DNA from: Gemmatimonadales bacterium
GTDB lineage: Bacteria; Gemmatimonadota; Gemmatimonadetes; Gemmatimonadales; GWC2-71-9
Reading direction: 5' to 3'
Assembly: GCA_037189525.1 (NCBI GenBank)
Contig: JBBCJC010000002.1
Span: forward strand, 384,001-448,000
Length of the DNA: 64,000 nucleotides
Every line of letters begins with the position of its first letter. The first letter of the stretch is position 1. Below are positions 63,691 to 64,000 of this stretch, one piece after another. The notes under the pieces were generated by a model. That model ran no database searches, was not told where the DNA came from, and saw only the letters and a list, made by a program, of their open reading frames with translations. The translations under genes and the position numbers were made by a program.

Positions 63691-64000
63691 ATGATCAACC
63701 GGCTTCGGGCCGTAGCGACGGCGATGCTGTTGGCACTCGTGACGCTGAGCGCGTCAGCCGATTCCGTGGCGGCTCAGCCTCGCGCCGATACGGCGCAGGT
63801 CGAGCTGATGTATGGCATCCGGGTGCCGATGAAGGACGGCGTTACGCTGAGCGCAACGATCTACAAGCCCAAGAACCAGGCGGCGCCGCTGCCGGTCATC
63901 TTCTGGATGACGCCGTACATCGCCGACCTCTCGCACGCGCGCGGGATGTACTTCGCTCGGAACGGCTATGTCTTTGCCGTGGTCGACACCCGTGGTCGCG
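63691..64000 (+). CDS. CocE/NonD family hydrolase (3'-partial)
   Basis: Translated by hand after AAGGAG: signal peptide, VPMKDGVTLSATIYKP, TPY, GYVFAVVDTRGR. Runs off the window. Confidence 0.88.
   Translation, partial: MINRLRAVATAMLLALVTLSASADSVAAQPRADTAQVELMYGIRVPMKDGVTLSATIYKPKNQAAPLPVIFWMTPYIADLSHARGMYFARNGYVFAVVDTRGR

Noticed and set aside
1..64000. CRISPR arrays, tRNA/rRNA genes, IS elements, integrases, prophage or known defence systems
   Set aside because: None seen by eye: no regularly spaced repeats, cloverleaf motifs, or transposase, integrase or phage protein motifs. Short or degenerate elements could have been missed.

Overview
A high-GC bacterial chromosome segment, most likely Gemmatimonadota. 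That assignment is inferred from the kinase-TolB-TPR architecture, the ADOP-type permease, DUF4159/DUF5916 and gene order, not from a marker gene. The left third is the replication-origin region: a partial Ser/Thr kinase, rnpB, mtgA, dnaN-oriC-dnaA, and the divergent rpmH-rnpA-yidD-yidC-mnmE operon. A tightly coupled minus-strand housekeeping run follows (upp, beta-CASP nuclease, YdcF, NUDIX, holA, SPOR, mutS, tonB-like, cystathionine beta-synthase, ddl, rhomboid-like, DUF2268). From about 24.6 kb onward is a mosaic accessory region rich in exported hydrolases: four beta-lactamase-fold enzymes, three amidohydrolases, M1, M55, NPP and CocE. It also holds an ampG-indoleamine 2,3-dioxygenase operon, a Sel1-repeat/ABC operon, an HpsN-like HisD paralog and two gene remnants. 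I found no rRNA, tRNA, CRISPR array, IS element or prophage. The most notable observations are: a beta-clamp-binding-like motif (QMDIF) inside DnaA; an ampG-IDO-serine hydrolase operon bracketed by two paralogous N-acyl-D-amino-acid deacylase-like lipoproteins; an intact rhomboid lacking both catalytic residues; a probable CTG start for rnpA; a recurrent leaderless-mRNA signature; and a perfect 20-bp operator-like palindrome. All family calls come from motif recognition by eye; no database searches were run.
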